64,000 nucleotides of DNA, taken from an uncultured Gammaproteobacteria bacterium (GTDB taxonomy: Bacteria > Patescibacteriota > Patescibacteriia > Magasanikbacterales > UBA922). The position numbers were made by a program, and so were the translations under genes. Below the pieces are notes generated by a model, which had not been told where the DNA came from, searched no databases, and was given only the letters and a program-made list of their open reading frames with translations. Shown here in pieces: positions 18,342 through 27,683 of the stretch; positions within the stretch are counted from its first letter, which is position 1, and each line of letters begins with the position of its first letter. Where the stretch lies: the NCBI GenBank assembly GCA_964418775.1, contig CAYQNA010000001.1, positions 446 through 64,445 on the forward strand, written 5' to 3'.

Positions 18342-18567
18342 GTTTGTCTCCGTTGATTGGCGATCTTCCTGTGTGATCGCGCAATAATGGTGGTATTGGT
18401 TTATACCATAATTTTTTTTCGCTCAGCTGTCAATCCTTTTGACATGGGCCCTAAAAAGAGATATTATGGGTAGGTACTATGAGATATAAAAAACAATTGA
18501 TAGTACGTTCAATCTATACTAGCCCAAAAACTGCCCAAAAGGCAGTTTTTTAATTATAATTGGTTTT

Positions 18568-20334
18568 ATGCATAACAAGGAACAACTTTTGGCCGAGGCG
18601 CGGGAGCGTGTAGCGCAGGTGCGGGCCGCGATCGAGGAGGCGGTGGTGCGCAAGGGTGAGCAGTCTGTGACCTTGCGACACCAGGCGCGCACGATTGGGA
18701 CGAGCGATGCGTTTGCGTACGCACGTTTGTCCGCGCATTATCACGAGCAAACTAAAGGCCTGGCTGATTTGGCGCCAGCGCCGTATTTTGCGCGCTGTGA
18801 TTTTGGCGAGGTCGGGCGCGAAAAGGCGTATTATATTGGTAAATTTTCATTTACGGAGCAGGACATCTATTCGTGGGTTACGCCAGTGGCGCGACTGCGG
18901 TTTGAAAACCCGGGAGCAGCCGAGTACACGCGTTTGGATGGGGAAGTGCGGCGCGGAAATTTGGCGCGCAAAGACAGTTATTTGATTGTTGATGGGGCGA
19001 TTAAATTTTTTGCGACCGAAGCCGTGGGCACGCCACGCGAATTGATTTATCAGGAACATTTTACGCGCCAAAAAAGTGATTTTGTGTTGCCCGAGATTGT
19101 GGCGCTCATGGAAAAGGCACAGGACCAAGTGATCCGTGCCGATTGGCGCGGGCCATTTGTGATTAGTGGGCCGGCCGGGTCGGGCAAGACCACGCTGGCG
19201 CTGCACCGCATTGCCTATTTGTTGCAATCACCAGACACAGCGGAGTATTTTTCACCACAGGAAATTTTGGTGCTTGTGCAAGACGCGGGTAGTCGTGATT
19301 ATTTTGCGCGCTTGTTACCAGATTTGGGTATTAGCGGCGTGCACATTCAAACGTTTAGTGATTGGGCCGCGCATATTTTAGAATTAAAGAATTGGCAATT
19401 GGCTGATGAAGATTATAGCGAGGAGGCGTTGCAGTATGCGCACGCAAAATTATTGGCGTTGCGTGATTTGCCAGAAATAAAACACACGACGCAGATTTTT
19501 AAAACTTTAGAAACCGTGTATGGTAATTATTTTTCAGATGCGCAAAAGGAACAACTGCGCGAACAAAAACGCTTGAAAACATTGGATAAAATTGACCTCA
19601 CGGTTTTGCTTGCAATTTTTAAACAAACATATGGCGCGCTCACGGCCACTCAAGAATATTGGCAGGAATTGCAGCGCGGAGGGTATCGCAAGAAAACAGA
19701 CCGCTGGACTTTAAAATATAATTTAATGGTTATCGACGAATTTCAAAACTATTTGCCCGAGCAAGTGGCGCTGTTGAAAAGCACGCTGAATCCGCGCGTG
19801 CAATCCATGGTGTATGTGGGGGACTTGGGGCAGCAAACGCGGCTCGGGACCATGCAAGATTGGCAGAGTATTGACGAGGCAATTCCAGCCGAGCGTATTG
19901 TGCGCTTGCAAAAAGTGTATCGCAACACGCGGCAGATTTTGGAATATGTGCGTGGGCGTGGGTATACGGTGGATATTCCCGCGCAAGTAAAAGATGGTCC
20001 AAAAGTTGAAGAAGTAAAAGTGCAATCAGCAACTGACGAAATTGCGCATATTGAAAAAACGCGGGAGCCAAACGCCTTTGTTGGTGTGCTGGCCATGAAT
20101 CGCCATTATTTAATTGCGTTCAAAAAACATTTTGCAGGAAACAAAAATGTAAAATGCTTGTCGTTTGTCGAAGCCCAAGGTTTGGAATTTGATGAAGTCT
20201 ATATTGTGGGCGGGCGCGAGGCAGTCATGCCAGAGTTGCCGGGCACGTTAGGGGATGAAGTGCGCAAAATTTACCGCGATTTGGAATATGTGGCCCTGAC
20301 GCGTGCAATGAATCGACTGACAGTATTTACCTAA
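18568..20334 (+). CDS. HelD-like SF1 (UvrD/Rep) helicase-ATPase, RNA polymerase recycling factor family
   Basis: PYFARCDF...YYIGK...W.TPVA N-terminus, QDQVIR, GPAGSGKTTLALHRIAYLL, DEFQ, GD..Q, QGLEFD, YVALTRA. Confidence 0.8.
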   Translation: MHNKEQLLAEARERVAQVRAAIEEAVVRKGEQSVTLRHQARTIGTSDAFAYARLSAHYHEQTKGLADLAPAPYFARCDFGEVGREKAYYIGKFSFTEQDIYSWVTPVARLRFENPGAAEYTRLDGEVRRGNLARKDSYLIVDGAIKFFATEAVGTPRELIYQEHFTRQKSDFVLPEIVALMEKAQDQVIRADWRGPFVISGPAGSGKTTLALHRIAYLLQSPDTAEYFSPQEILVLVQDAGSRDYFARLLPDLGISGVHIQTFSDWAAHILELKNWQLADEDYSEEALQYAHAKLLALRDLPEIKHTTQIFKTLETVYGNYFSDAQKEQLREQKRLKTLDKIDLTVLLAIFKQTYGALTATQEYWQELQRGGYRKKTDRWTLKYNLMVIDEFQNYLPEQVALLKSTLNPRVQSMVYVGDLGQQTRLGTMQDWQSIDEAIPAERIVRLQKVYRNTRQILEYVRGRGYTVDIPAQVKDGPKVEEVKVQSATDEIAHIEKTREPNAFVGVLAMNRHYLIAFKKHFAGNKNVKCLSFVEAQGLEFDEVYIVGGREAVMPELPGTLGDEVRKIYRDLEYVALTRAMNRLTVFT

Positions 20335-21492
20335 TTATTCCGGGCGAATGCGGAAGACACGGTCATCGGTGTTGGCTGGTGTGCCGCGGCCATCACGGTT
20401 GGAGGTGGAGAAGTAGATAGCGCCATCGGGCCCCTGGGCGACGGCGCGGATGCGACCATATTTAATGCCGGCAAGTTTTTCAACATTCGCAATTTTGGTT
20501 GGGTTATTGGGATCGAGCACGAGGCGAATTAGACCCTCGCCTTTGAGCGCGCCAAAAAATAAATTGCCAGTGAATTGGGGGATGGCCGTGCCAGTATAGG
20601 CCAGGAGCGAGCCTGGAGCTTCGGCCGGAGTGAAGACGCGGAGAGCAGGTTCGGTGCCGTCTTTTAATTTGCCGTGCGACACCAGTGGCCAACCGTAATT
20701 TTTGCCCGCTGCAATTACATTAATTTCATCGCCACCAGCCGGGCCGTCGAAAATCGAGGGGCCGTGTTCACTTTCGTACAAACGGCCGTTTAACCAGGCC
20801 AACCCTTGACCATTACGGTGTCCGTAACTGTACACCGCGCTATTTGGGAAAGGGTTGTCACTCGGAATTGTGCCGTCCGGATTGAGGCGCAAGATTTTCC
20901 CTGACAATGATTGCAAGTTTTGGGCCTCTGCGCGGTCAGTCGCATCGCCAGTCGACACATACAATTTTCCGTCTGGGCCAAATGCGAGCGCGGTGCCAGC
21001 GTGATATTGCGCGGCCGGAATTTTATCAATAATAACGCGGTCTAATTCGAGTCTTGTGCCCTGGTCACGCAAGGTTACAATTTTGACAAACGAACTTTTG
21101 GCTGGTCCGTAAGCAACTGCAGCGTAGATTAATTTATCGGTCGAGTATTGAGGTGAAAGCGCAAGCGCCATTAAACCTTCCTCGCCACTGGTCGCAACTT
21201 CGGTGAAGGTGTAGAGTGGCGTGTCAGCGAATTTACCATCAACGAACGCTACAATTCGACCTGGTCGCTCGGCAATTAACATTCGATTTTGTGCAGTAAA
21301 CGCTAGACTCCACGGCACTTCTAGGCCACGCGCAACTTCCTCGACCACATATTGAACTGATGCGGCGGGTGGCGTGGCTGAATTATGCGGCGCAGCGGCC
21401 AAACGAGATTGAAATAGCGCAAAATATTGTACGGACCACAGACCGGCGCCAAGTGCGACCAAAATTACGACCAGCCAAATTATGCGGCGCAT
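20335..21492 (-). CDS. PQQ-dependent glucose/sorbosone dehydrogenase family protein
   Basis: GLEVPWSLAF, HAGTALAFGPDGKLYVSTGD, YSYGHRNGQG, DEIN...G.NYGWP. Confidence 0.9.
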   Translation of the reverse strand: MRRIIWLVVILVALGAGLWSVQYFALFQSRLAAAPHNSATPPAASVQYVVEEVARGLEVPWSLAFTAQNRMLIAERPGRIVAFVDGKFADTPLYTFTEVATSGEEGLMALALSPQYSTDKLIYAAVAYGPAKSSFVKIVTLRDQGTRLELDRVIIDKIPAAQYHAGTALAFGPDGKLYVSTGDATDRAEAQNLQSLSGKILRLNPDGTIPSDNPFPNSAVYSYGHRNGQGLAWLNGRLYESEHGPSIFDGPAGGDEINVIAAGKNYGWPLVSHGKLKDGTEPALRVFTPAEAPGSLLAYTGTAIPQFTGNLFFGALKGEGLIRLVLDPNNPTKIANVEKLAGIKYGRIRAVAQGPDGAIYFSTSNRDGRGTPANTDDRVFRIRPE

Positions 21493-21493
21493 G

Positions 21494-21982
21494 TTACTGC
21501 ATGAATTTTTGTGGCAAACCCGTGGTGTCGAGTTTGCTCCAAGCTTCGGCAAACGCACGAACCGTGTCGTCTTGGAATTTTTTCAAACCCTCGTCTGGAG
21601 CACAATTTGCGAGTGGTTTAGTGAGTGATAAGTAATAGTCGCCAACTTTGTGGTCCTGACCAGCTACAGGCGCACGTTCGCCACCAGTCGGGTCATCAAT
21701 ACGGATCTGCTTATCAATATTGCCAATAGGACCAAGGCCGAGTCGGTTGCTGCACGTCTCTGGTGCGGCTGCGAGTAATTTTTTGGAATTCAACATCGCA
21801 ATTTTGTCGCCGCGCTCTTCGCGAATTTGGTACGTTAGGTCTTCGGCCACAGCGCGAGGCAGGGTCAGGTCTAAACCAAGTTCCGGAATTACAAATTGGG
21901 CTTCGTTTTCGTTTTTGCAACCCCAACCACCTAGAGCCAAGGCAAGAACCAGGCCGCCAACGACAAGTTTGTGTGAAAGCAT
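21494..21982 (-). CDS. Hypothetical lipoprotein
   Basis: Signal peptide ending in lipobox-like GWGC. Confidence 0.65.
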   Translation of the reverse strand: MLSHKLVVGGLVLALALGGWGCKNENEAQFVIPELGLDLTLPRAVAEDLTYQIREERGDKIAMLNSKKLLAAAPETCSNRLGLGPIGNIDKQIRIDDPTGGERAPVAGQDHKVGDYYLSLTKPLANCAPDEGLKKFQDDTVRAFAEAWSKLDTTGLPQKFMQ

Positions 21983-22025
21983 AGTATTTATTTAAAAGTA
22001 ACCCTTTTACTATAGCACAAATAGC

Positions 22026-23018
22026 TCAATTGGGCAGCCAGGAAAACCGCCGCGGCCGCGGCAGCACAGTCATGCGTTGGTGGACTGGAATTGTGCTCGT
22101 ATCGCCACTCACGACTGGTGGGTGAGCCAAGGCGTCGCGGATACATTCCTGATACGAAACGCGCGGCACAAAACCTGTGTCGCGTTCCAGGTCCGAAACA
22201 TCGTACACATGCGGTAACGACGTCAGCTCCCAACCGCCATGCTCGTCCCACACTTCCTGATACGATTTTGGTTTAATCTTAAGCGTCCCGCCAACTTGCC
22301 GTGCAATCTCTGCATAATAATCCCGCGCCTTCACCGGTTCCGGATTCACGCAATTGTACGCCCTGTGAATCGTCGACGGATTTTCCGCCACCGCCAGCAC
22401 CGCCCGGCCAATATCAGCCGGGTGCACAATATTAAAATCAATATCACCGCCATTACACAATTCCAGTGCCTCGCCACGCTTCAGTCGCGCCACCAATTCC
22501 GGGTCACGGTTATGGTCCGGAATACAACCAAGCAGTGAACCTGGCCCCAAAATATGATACGGCCGCAGAATTGTCCAGGGGAGGGTTTGGGTGCGGATGT
22601 AGGATTCCATTGCAACTTTTTTATCAACATACCCACCCATTTCACCAAGAGAAGCGAGGCGGTGTCCACTTAGGATCGGACGATCATTTTTTTCGCTGCG
22701 AGAATAAACTAAAGTTGTACTTAAGAAGATCAATCGGCTATCTCTAAATAGATCGCATGTTTGTTGTACATCTATATCTTTAGATCCAATAATATCGAAG
22801 ACTATGTTCCAGCCGCCAGATCTATTGGTGATATCTTTCATTAATTTTTTGAAGCTAACTTTTTTATTTCGGTCGGCCCTGTACTGTGTGATTGTTTGTG
22901 GAAAGTGTTGGTTGGCTTCAATGCCAATAGTGTGAACTACGTAGCCAGCTTCACATAGAATTCCAGTCACCGCACTACCGACTATACCTGTCCCCCCAAT
23001 AAGTAATGCTGATTTCAT
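22026..23018 (-). CDS. NAD-dependent epimerase/dehydratase (extended SDR)
   Basis: GGTGIVG Rossmann motif, YxxxK (YVDKK), ILRP...GP. Confidence 0.85.
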   Translation of the reverse strand: MKSALLIGGTGIVGSAVTGILCEAGYVVHTIGIEANQHFPQTITQYRADRNKKVSFKKLMKDITNRSGGWNIVFDIIGSKDIDVQQTCDLFRDSRLIFLSTTLVYSRSEKNDRPILSGHRLASLGEMGGYVDKKVAMESYIRTQTLPWTILRPYHILGPGSLLGCIPDHNRDPELVARLKRGEALELCNGGDIDFNIVHPADIGRAVLAVAENPSTIHRAYNCVNPEPVKARDYYAEIARQVGGTLKIKPKSYQEVWDEHGGWELTSLPHVYDVSDLERDTGFVPRVSYQECIRDALAHPPVVSGDTSTIPVHQRMTVLPRPRRFSWLPN

Positions 23019-23254
23019 AAAAGATATGCTGAGGTATTTTATACTAAGTCTGGTGAAAGTAAAATATAAATTGTGGGGCTCATCCCATTCATTCTGGATT
23101 GCCAGTTAATCATGAGTAGATTAATTACAGGATCACTGCGTGTCCTATCCTAACTAAGGTCATTAATTGTAGATTAGGAACATTTTTTAGGGGTTGACAC
23201 TGTTCGTTCGTCAGGTAGACTTAAGCCAATTACGTATGATACAAAGTATGAACT

Positions 23255-24322
23255 ATGAAAAAATTTGATAGAAGTGCTCGAAATATGCTTTTTCTCTGGA
23301 AAAAACAGAGGCAAGCTCTTAAAAGACAGAAAAGACGTGTTCTCTATAGAAAAAGACGGAATCGAAGCTTACAGGGGAAACCCTATAGGGTACAAGAGAG
23401 TCTAAAGGGGTATCGAAAAGCAAAAAGGATCAAAGCACCAGAAAATCTTTCATTTCTGGAAAATACAAACGAAGTTGCGGGGTTTGTACATGAGTTAAGC
23501 ACTTCTCTAAAAAATAGGCAGCCAGTATTCGTTGATTTGAGTGAGGTGGCTTCTCTTGATTACGGTGCCATTACGGTTTTATTGTCTGTGATGTATAGGT
23601 TTAAGACAACAAAAATACCGTTTAATGGAAATTTTCCAATTAGGGATGACATTAAATTTAAACTCGTTGATTCTCAGTTTTTTAGGCGTTTAGAGGAAAA
23701 CATTTTTACTGAGCCTGCGTATTTAATTCAAAAAGCAAATCAGATATTCGCAAAAGCCACAAATAAAGTTGTGCCACAATTAGGACAACGTGTCGTAGAA
23801 GAGGCGTCGCAAACCATCTGGGGCAAGAAAAGAGCTTGTAAGGGGATCCCGCGGTTACTCGTAGAGATAATGCAGAATACTCACAACCACGCTATACGAG
23901 GTTCAAAAGGTGGTGCTTACTGGTGGTTATCTGTGAATCATGATACTGTCAATAAGAAAGTTTCCTTTGTCTTTGTGGACTATGGACAAGGAATTTTTGA
24001 AAGCTTGTACAGCAAATGGCCCCTACTATCTTCTTTCAAGAAAAAGGTACTCGGCCCTGACAACGCAACACTTCTTAAAAAACTCCTTGAAGGCGAGGTC
24101 CAAAAGACTGTAACAGGACAATATTTTCGAGGAAAGGGTCTGCCTAATATCATGAAAGTCCTGAAAAGAAATCAGATAAGTAATTTACATATCATAAGTA
24201 ATGATGTATTCGCGGACGTCGCAAAGGATGAGTATTCTACTTTAGAAAAATCTTTTAAAGGCACGTTCTTCCATTGGGAATTGTGCGAAAATAATGAGAA
24301 TGAATTATGGACAATATCTTAA
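23255..24322 (+). CDS. STAS-like plus GHKL (anti-sigma-type kinase) ATPase
   Basis: VFVDLSEVASLD STAS-like segment; N-box EIMQNTHNHA, G1 DYGQG, G2 RGKGL, G3 GT; promoter TTGACA-16-TAGACT at 23194-23221. Confidence 0.75.
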   Translation: MKKFDRSARNMLFLWKKQRQALKRQKRRVLYRKRRNRSLQGKPYRVQESLKGYRKAKRIKAPENLSFLENTNEVAGFVHELSTSLKNRQPVFVDLSEVASLDYGAITVLLSVMYRFKTTKIPFNGNFPIRDDIKFKLVDSQFFRRLEENIFTEPAYLIQKANQIFAKATNKVVPQLGQRVVEEASQTIWGKKRACKGIPRLLVEIMQNTHNHAIRGSKGGAYWWLSVNHDTVNKKVSFVFVDYGQGIFESLYSKWPLLSSFKKKVLGPDNATLLKKLLEGEVQKTVTGQYFRGKGLPNIMKVLKRNQISNLHIISNDVFADVAKDEYSTLEKSFKGTFFHWELCENNENELWTIS

Positions 24323-24639
24323 TCTCTATTGCAGATGATTTTTCAAAAACACCAGGCTCTCGGTACCGGGAAGAAGGCGAGTTTTCAGGAGAAGAATTTC
24401 TTGAGGAAATTCTTGAGCCAAGTTTTGTTAAAGCTCGTGCAGAGGGCAAGCAGTTGGTCGTAGATTTAGATAGAACAGTCGGCTATGGCACTTCTTTTTT
24501 GGAAGAAGTTTTTGGTGGTTTGGCCAGGAAGTATGGTGCAGAAGAAGTCAAATCTCATCTCTCTATAATTTCAGAGGAGGAGAGATATCTTAAAGAGGAT
24601 ATAGAAGAGTATATCAGTGACGCTGGTAGAAAAGGCTGA
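24307..24639 (+). CDS. STAS-like domain protein (DUF4325)
   Basis: PGSRY...SGEEF, VVDLD...GYGTSFLEEVFGGL. Confidence 0.85.
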   Translation: MDNILISIADDFSKTPGSRYREEGEFSGEEFLEEILEPSFVKARAEGKQLVVDLDRTVGYGTSFLEEVFGGLARKYGAEEVKSHLSIISEEERYLKEDIEEYISDAGRKG

Positions 24640-25270
24640 TGTTGAGACTATGAAGAAATTTTTTAGTTCAAAATTGCCGCACCTGGTAGCATTTATGGTG
24701 GGAATTATCGTGGGCATCGCCGTGTTTTTGTTAGGCTTATCTCGCTTTTCACTGCGGTTTAGTAATCAAGTTGATCTTCAATTAGATGTTTTTTCGATAG
24801 TTGATTTGTTAGTTACTGTTCTGTTAACTGTGTATGTCGCTGGTAAGCTCACCAGAGATAATGAGCAGGTTCGGATTGAAAAGCAGATCATAATTGAAGA
24901 TCTACATATATTTAAAAAAGATTTTATTAAAAGCATCTCTGGTCTTCTGGGTGGTGGTTCAAAGGTCGGGTTAATATCTGTGACGTCGGAGCTAAAAAGA
25001 CTAAGATCTGATTTTCAGTCCTGGACTGATCTATTGGAGTCCTGGGGTTCCTTGGATGTTAAAACCCTGACAGATAGTGTAGACAGAAGCATCAGGGATA
25101 TAAGAGATTATTTTACTGACACAGCTGTTTCTTCTGCGGACACAACTAAGTCAAAAATTAAGGGAGGGGATATATCCCTTACATCTGATACGCGAACCAA
25201 GATCGAGAGAGAAGTTTTAGAACTAAGAAAAAATATGTTTCAATTGGTAGTGAGAATTAATCGCAATTAA
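24617..25270 (+). CDS. Hypothetical 2-TM membrane protein with a helical C-terminal domain
   Basis: Two N-terminal hydrophobic helices; overlaps the STAS gene; alternative ATG at 24650. Confidence 0.7.
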   Translation: MTLVEKADVETMKKFFSSKLPHLVAFMVGIIVGIAVFLLGLSRFSLRFSNQVDLQLDVFSIVDLLVTVLLTVYVAGKLTRDNEQVRIEKQIIIEDLHIFKKDFIKSISGLLGGGSKVGLISVTSELKRLRSDFQSWTDLLESWGSLDVKTLTDSVDRSIRDIRDYFTDTAVSSADTTKSKIKGGDISLTSDTRTKIEREVLELRKNMFQLVVRINRN

Positions 25271-25322
25271 TTTTGATCCATATTAAATCAATAAAAAACG
25301 AGCCTCGCGGCCCGTTTTTAAT

Positions 25323-25751
25323 TTATTGATTTTGTTGTGGAGGATTTGCAGGTGGCGCTGGAGGTGTTGGTGGTATTGGAGGAGCAGGAGGCGTTGGGGG
25401 TGTTGGCGGAGATGGTGGAGTCTGTGGCGCAACTGGCTGTGGTGGCATTGGTACTGGTCGTGATGTTGGTGCTGGCGATGGTCCGCGCCAATCTGGATTC
25501 AAGAGCCCAGTAGGATTATTGTATTTAATGACTACTAAGTAGGTCACAGCCCCAACCAGTGGCGCGAGCATTAGGATTAGCACCCACAAGGCCTTTTCGA
25601 CATTGTTGCGAAAATCGCGACGGGCACAATCCACTAATAGCCACAACCAAAGTGCGACTAGAATGAGTCCAATTACTGGACCCATAAACCAACTAAAATC
25701 AGGTTCATCCATAGTGCGATTGACCATGGACCAGGAATGCATGTATCCCAT
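25323..25751 (-). CDS. PLDc_N (PLD-nuclease N-terminal) small membrane protein with a Pro-rich tail
   Basis: LWLWLLVDC...EKALWVLILMLAPLVGAVTYL; PPTP repeats. Confidence 0.8.
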   Translation of the reverse strand: MGYMHSWSMVNRTMDEPDFSWFMGPVIGLILVALWLWLLVDCARRDFRNNVEKALWVLILMLAPLVGAVTYLVVIKYNNPTGLLNPDWRGPSPAPTSRPVPMPPQPVAPQTPPSPPTPPTPPAPPIPPTPPAPPANPPQQNQ

Positions 25752-25867
25752 ATAGGTTCAGGTTAATAATACTTTTTTACTATAACAAATTTGCTGTACC
25801 TGTCCAGTTGGCGTACAGAGGTTGACAAAATCAAATTTTTTGGCTATAGTTGGCCAATATTTCTCTC

Positions 25868-27568
25868 ATGACCACATTTTCTACATTGGGCCTACGCCCC
25901 GAGCTGGTGCAAGCGCTGGATACGATGGGCTTTTCGACGCCGACTGATATTCAGGGGCAGGCGATTCCGCATATTTTGAATTCAACTCAGGACCTGGTGG
26001 CCCTGGCGCAAACCGGTACGGGCAAGACGGGTGCGTTTAGTTTGCCGATTTTGTCACGCATTGACCCGGTCCTCAACCGCACGCAGGCCTTGATTTTGTG
26101 CCCAACGCGCGAATTGTGTTTGCAGATTAGCAAGGACATTCGGGCGTTTTTGTCGTTTTTGCCAAACATCAAAGTGGCCGCGATTTATGGCGGTGACAGT
26201 TATACCACGCAGTTGCGCGCCTTGCAGGCTGGGCCGCAAATTATTGTGGGTACGCCAGGCCGCACGCTCGACATGGTGAATCGTGGTAAATTAAATTTGG
26301 AACATATTTCGTGGCTCGTGCTTGATGAGGCTGATGAAATGCTCAAGATGGGTTTTAAGGAAGAGCTGGATGCGATTTTAAAAACTGCGCCAGCAACCAA
26401 ACAAACCTTGTTGTTTTCGGCAACCATGGATCGCGTGGTGGAGCAGATTTCCAAGGCGTACATGAAAAAGCCAAAGGAAATTACCACTGCGGCCAAGAAC
26501 AGTGGTTCGGCCAATATTGCGCACGAGTATTATATTGTGCAAGCGCGCGACAAGTACGAGGCGCTCAAGCGCATTTTGGATATTCACCCGCAAATTTACG
26601 GGATTATTTTTTGCAACACGCGTTTGGAAACGCAGCACATTGCGAGCAAATTGTCGCAAGAACATTACACCGCCGCCGCGATTAGTGGCGAACTTTCGCA
26701 GAGCCAGCGTGAGCAAGTGATGTCCCAATTCCGCAGCAAACAAATTCGTATTTTGGTTGCGACTGATGTGGCTGCGCGCGGCATTGACGTGAAAGAGCTG
26801 AGTCACGTAATTCACTATGGCCTGCCAACCAAAGTTGAATATTACACACACCGCAGTGGTCGCACGGGCCGTGCCAATAGCACGGGCACGTCGATTGCGA
26901 TTGTGCATTCGCGCGAAACTTCGATGGTGCGTTTTATTAGCAATAAGACGGGCGTGAAATTTACGAATAAACAGATTCCAACGGCCAAAGATATTTGCAC
27001 AGCGCAATTGTTGCATTTGATTGAAAAGATTCAGGAAACCAAAACTGACAACGTTGACCTGACGCCATACTTGCCAATTATTGAAGAAAAATTAGCGCAC
27101 CTGACGCGCGAAGAATTGATCAAACATTTGGTGGCCGTGGAATTGAGTCGCTTTATTAATTTTTACAAAAACCTGCCAGACATTCACACGCCAGCCATGA
27201 CAATTCAGGGCAATCCACGCCCTGAATCATTTTCGACCCAGGACATGACTCGTTTACGTTTGAATGTTGGTCGCAAACATGGTTTTTCTGTGCCTGCGCT
27301 GTTCGGCATGATCAATGCACAGCCTGGCCTCAAAGGTCTTGTGGTTGGCGGCATCTGGCTCGAAAGTGATCACACGTTATTTGAAGTCGAAGCGCGTCGA
27401 GCCGGTCAATTAATTGCCGCGATCAACGGCAAAAAAGTCGGTGGCACAATTCTCTCCCTCACCTCTATTTTTGTAAAAGGCCGCGCCGCAGCTGCTCCTC
27501 GCCGCGCTGCGCCATCTGCTCGCCCATACACTAACCGCGTTTCCAAAGGCATGTTTAAGAAGCGGTAA
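25868..27568 (+). CDS. DEAD-box RNA helicase (DeaD/CsdA-like, DbpA-type C-terminal domain)
   Basis: Q motif, AQTGTGKT, PTREL, DEAD, SAT, ARGID, HRSGRTGRA; promoter TTGACA-17-TATAGT at 25822-25850. Confidence 0.95.
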   Translation: MTTFSTLGLRPELVQALDTMGFSTPTDIQGQAIPHILNSTQDLVALAQTGTGKTGAFSLPILSRIDPVLNRTQALILCPTRELCLQISKDIRAFLSFLPNIKVAAIYGGDSYTTQLRALQAGPQIIVGTPGRTLDMVNRGKLNLEHISWLVLDEADEMLKMGFKEELDAILKTAPATKQTLLFSATMDRVVEQISKAYMKKPKEITTAAKNSGSANIAHEYYIVQARDKYEALKRILDIHPQIYGIIFCNTRLETQHIASKLSQEHYTAAAISGELSQSQREQVMSQFRSKQIRILVATDVAARGIDVKELSHVIHYGLPTKVEYYTHRSGRTGRANSTGTSIAIVHSRETSMVRFISNKTGVKFTNKQIPTAKDICTAQLLHLIEKIQETKTDNVDLTPYLPIIEEKLAHLTREELIKHLVAVELSRFINFYKNLPDIHTPAMTIQGNPRPESFSTQDMTRLRLNVGRKHGFSVPALFGMINAQPGLKGLVVGGIWLESDHTLFEVEARRAGQLIAAINGKKVGGTILSLTSIFVKGRAAAAPRRAAPSARPYTNRVSKGMFKKR

Positions 27569-27683
27569 ACTTATCAGGTCTTTTTCGTCAACGGTAATTA
27601 AGGTCGCAGCGTAAAAAAGAACATCATAGTATGGTGTTCTTTTTGTAATTGAGAAAGGTGTGTTAAATTGCTATACTGTCCGC

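Noticed and set aside
18012-18384. Track ORFs 18012-18356(+), 18181-18384(-) and 18194-18376(+)
   Set aside because: They lack SD or promoter support; the 59-aa frame 18162-18341(-) explains the region better.
25330-25480. Short GGT/GGA repeats
   Set aside because: They simply encode the Pro-rich tail of the PLDc_N protein; not a CRISPR or regulatory repeat.
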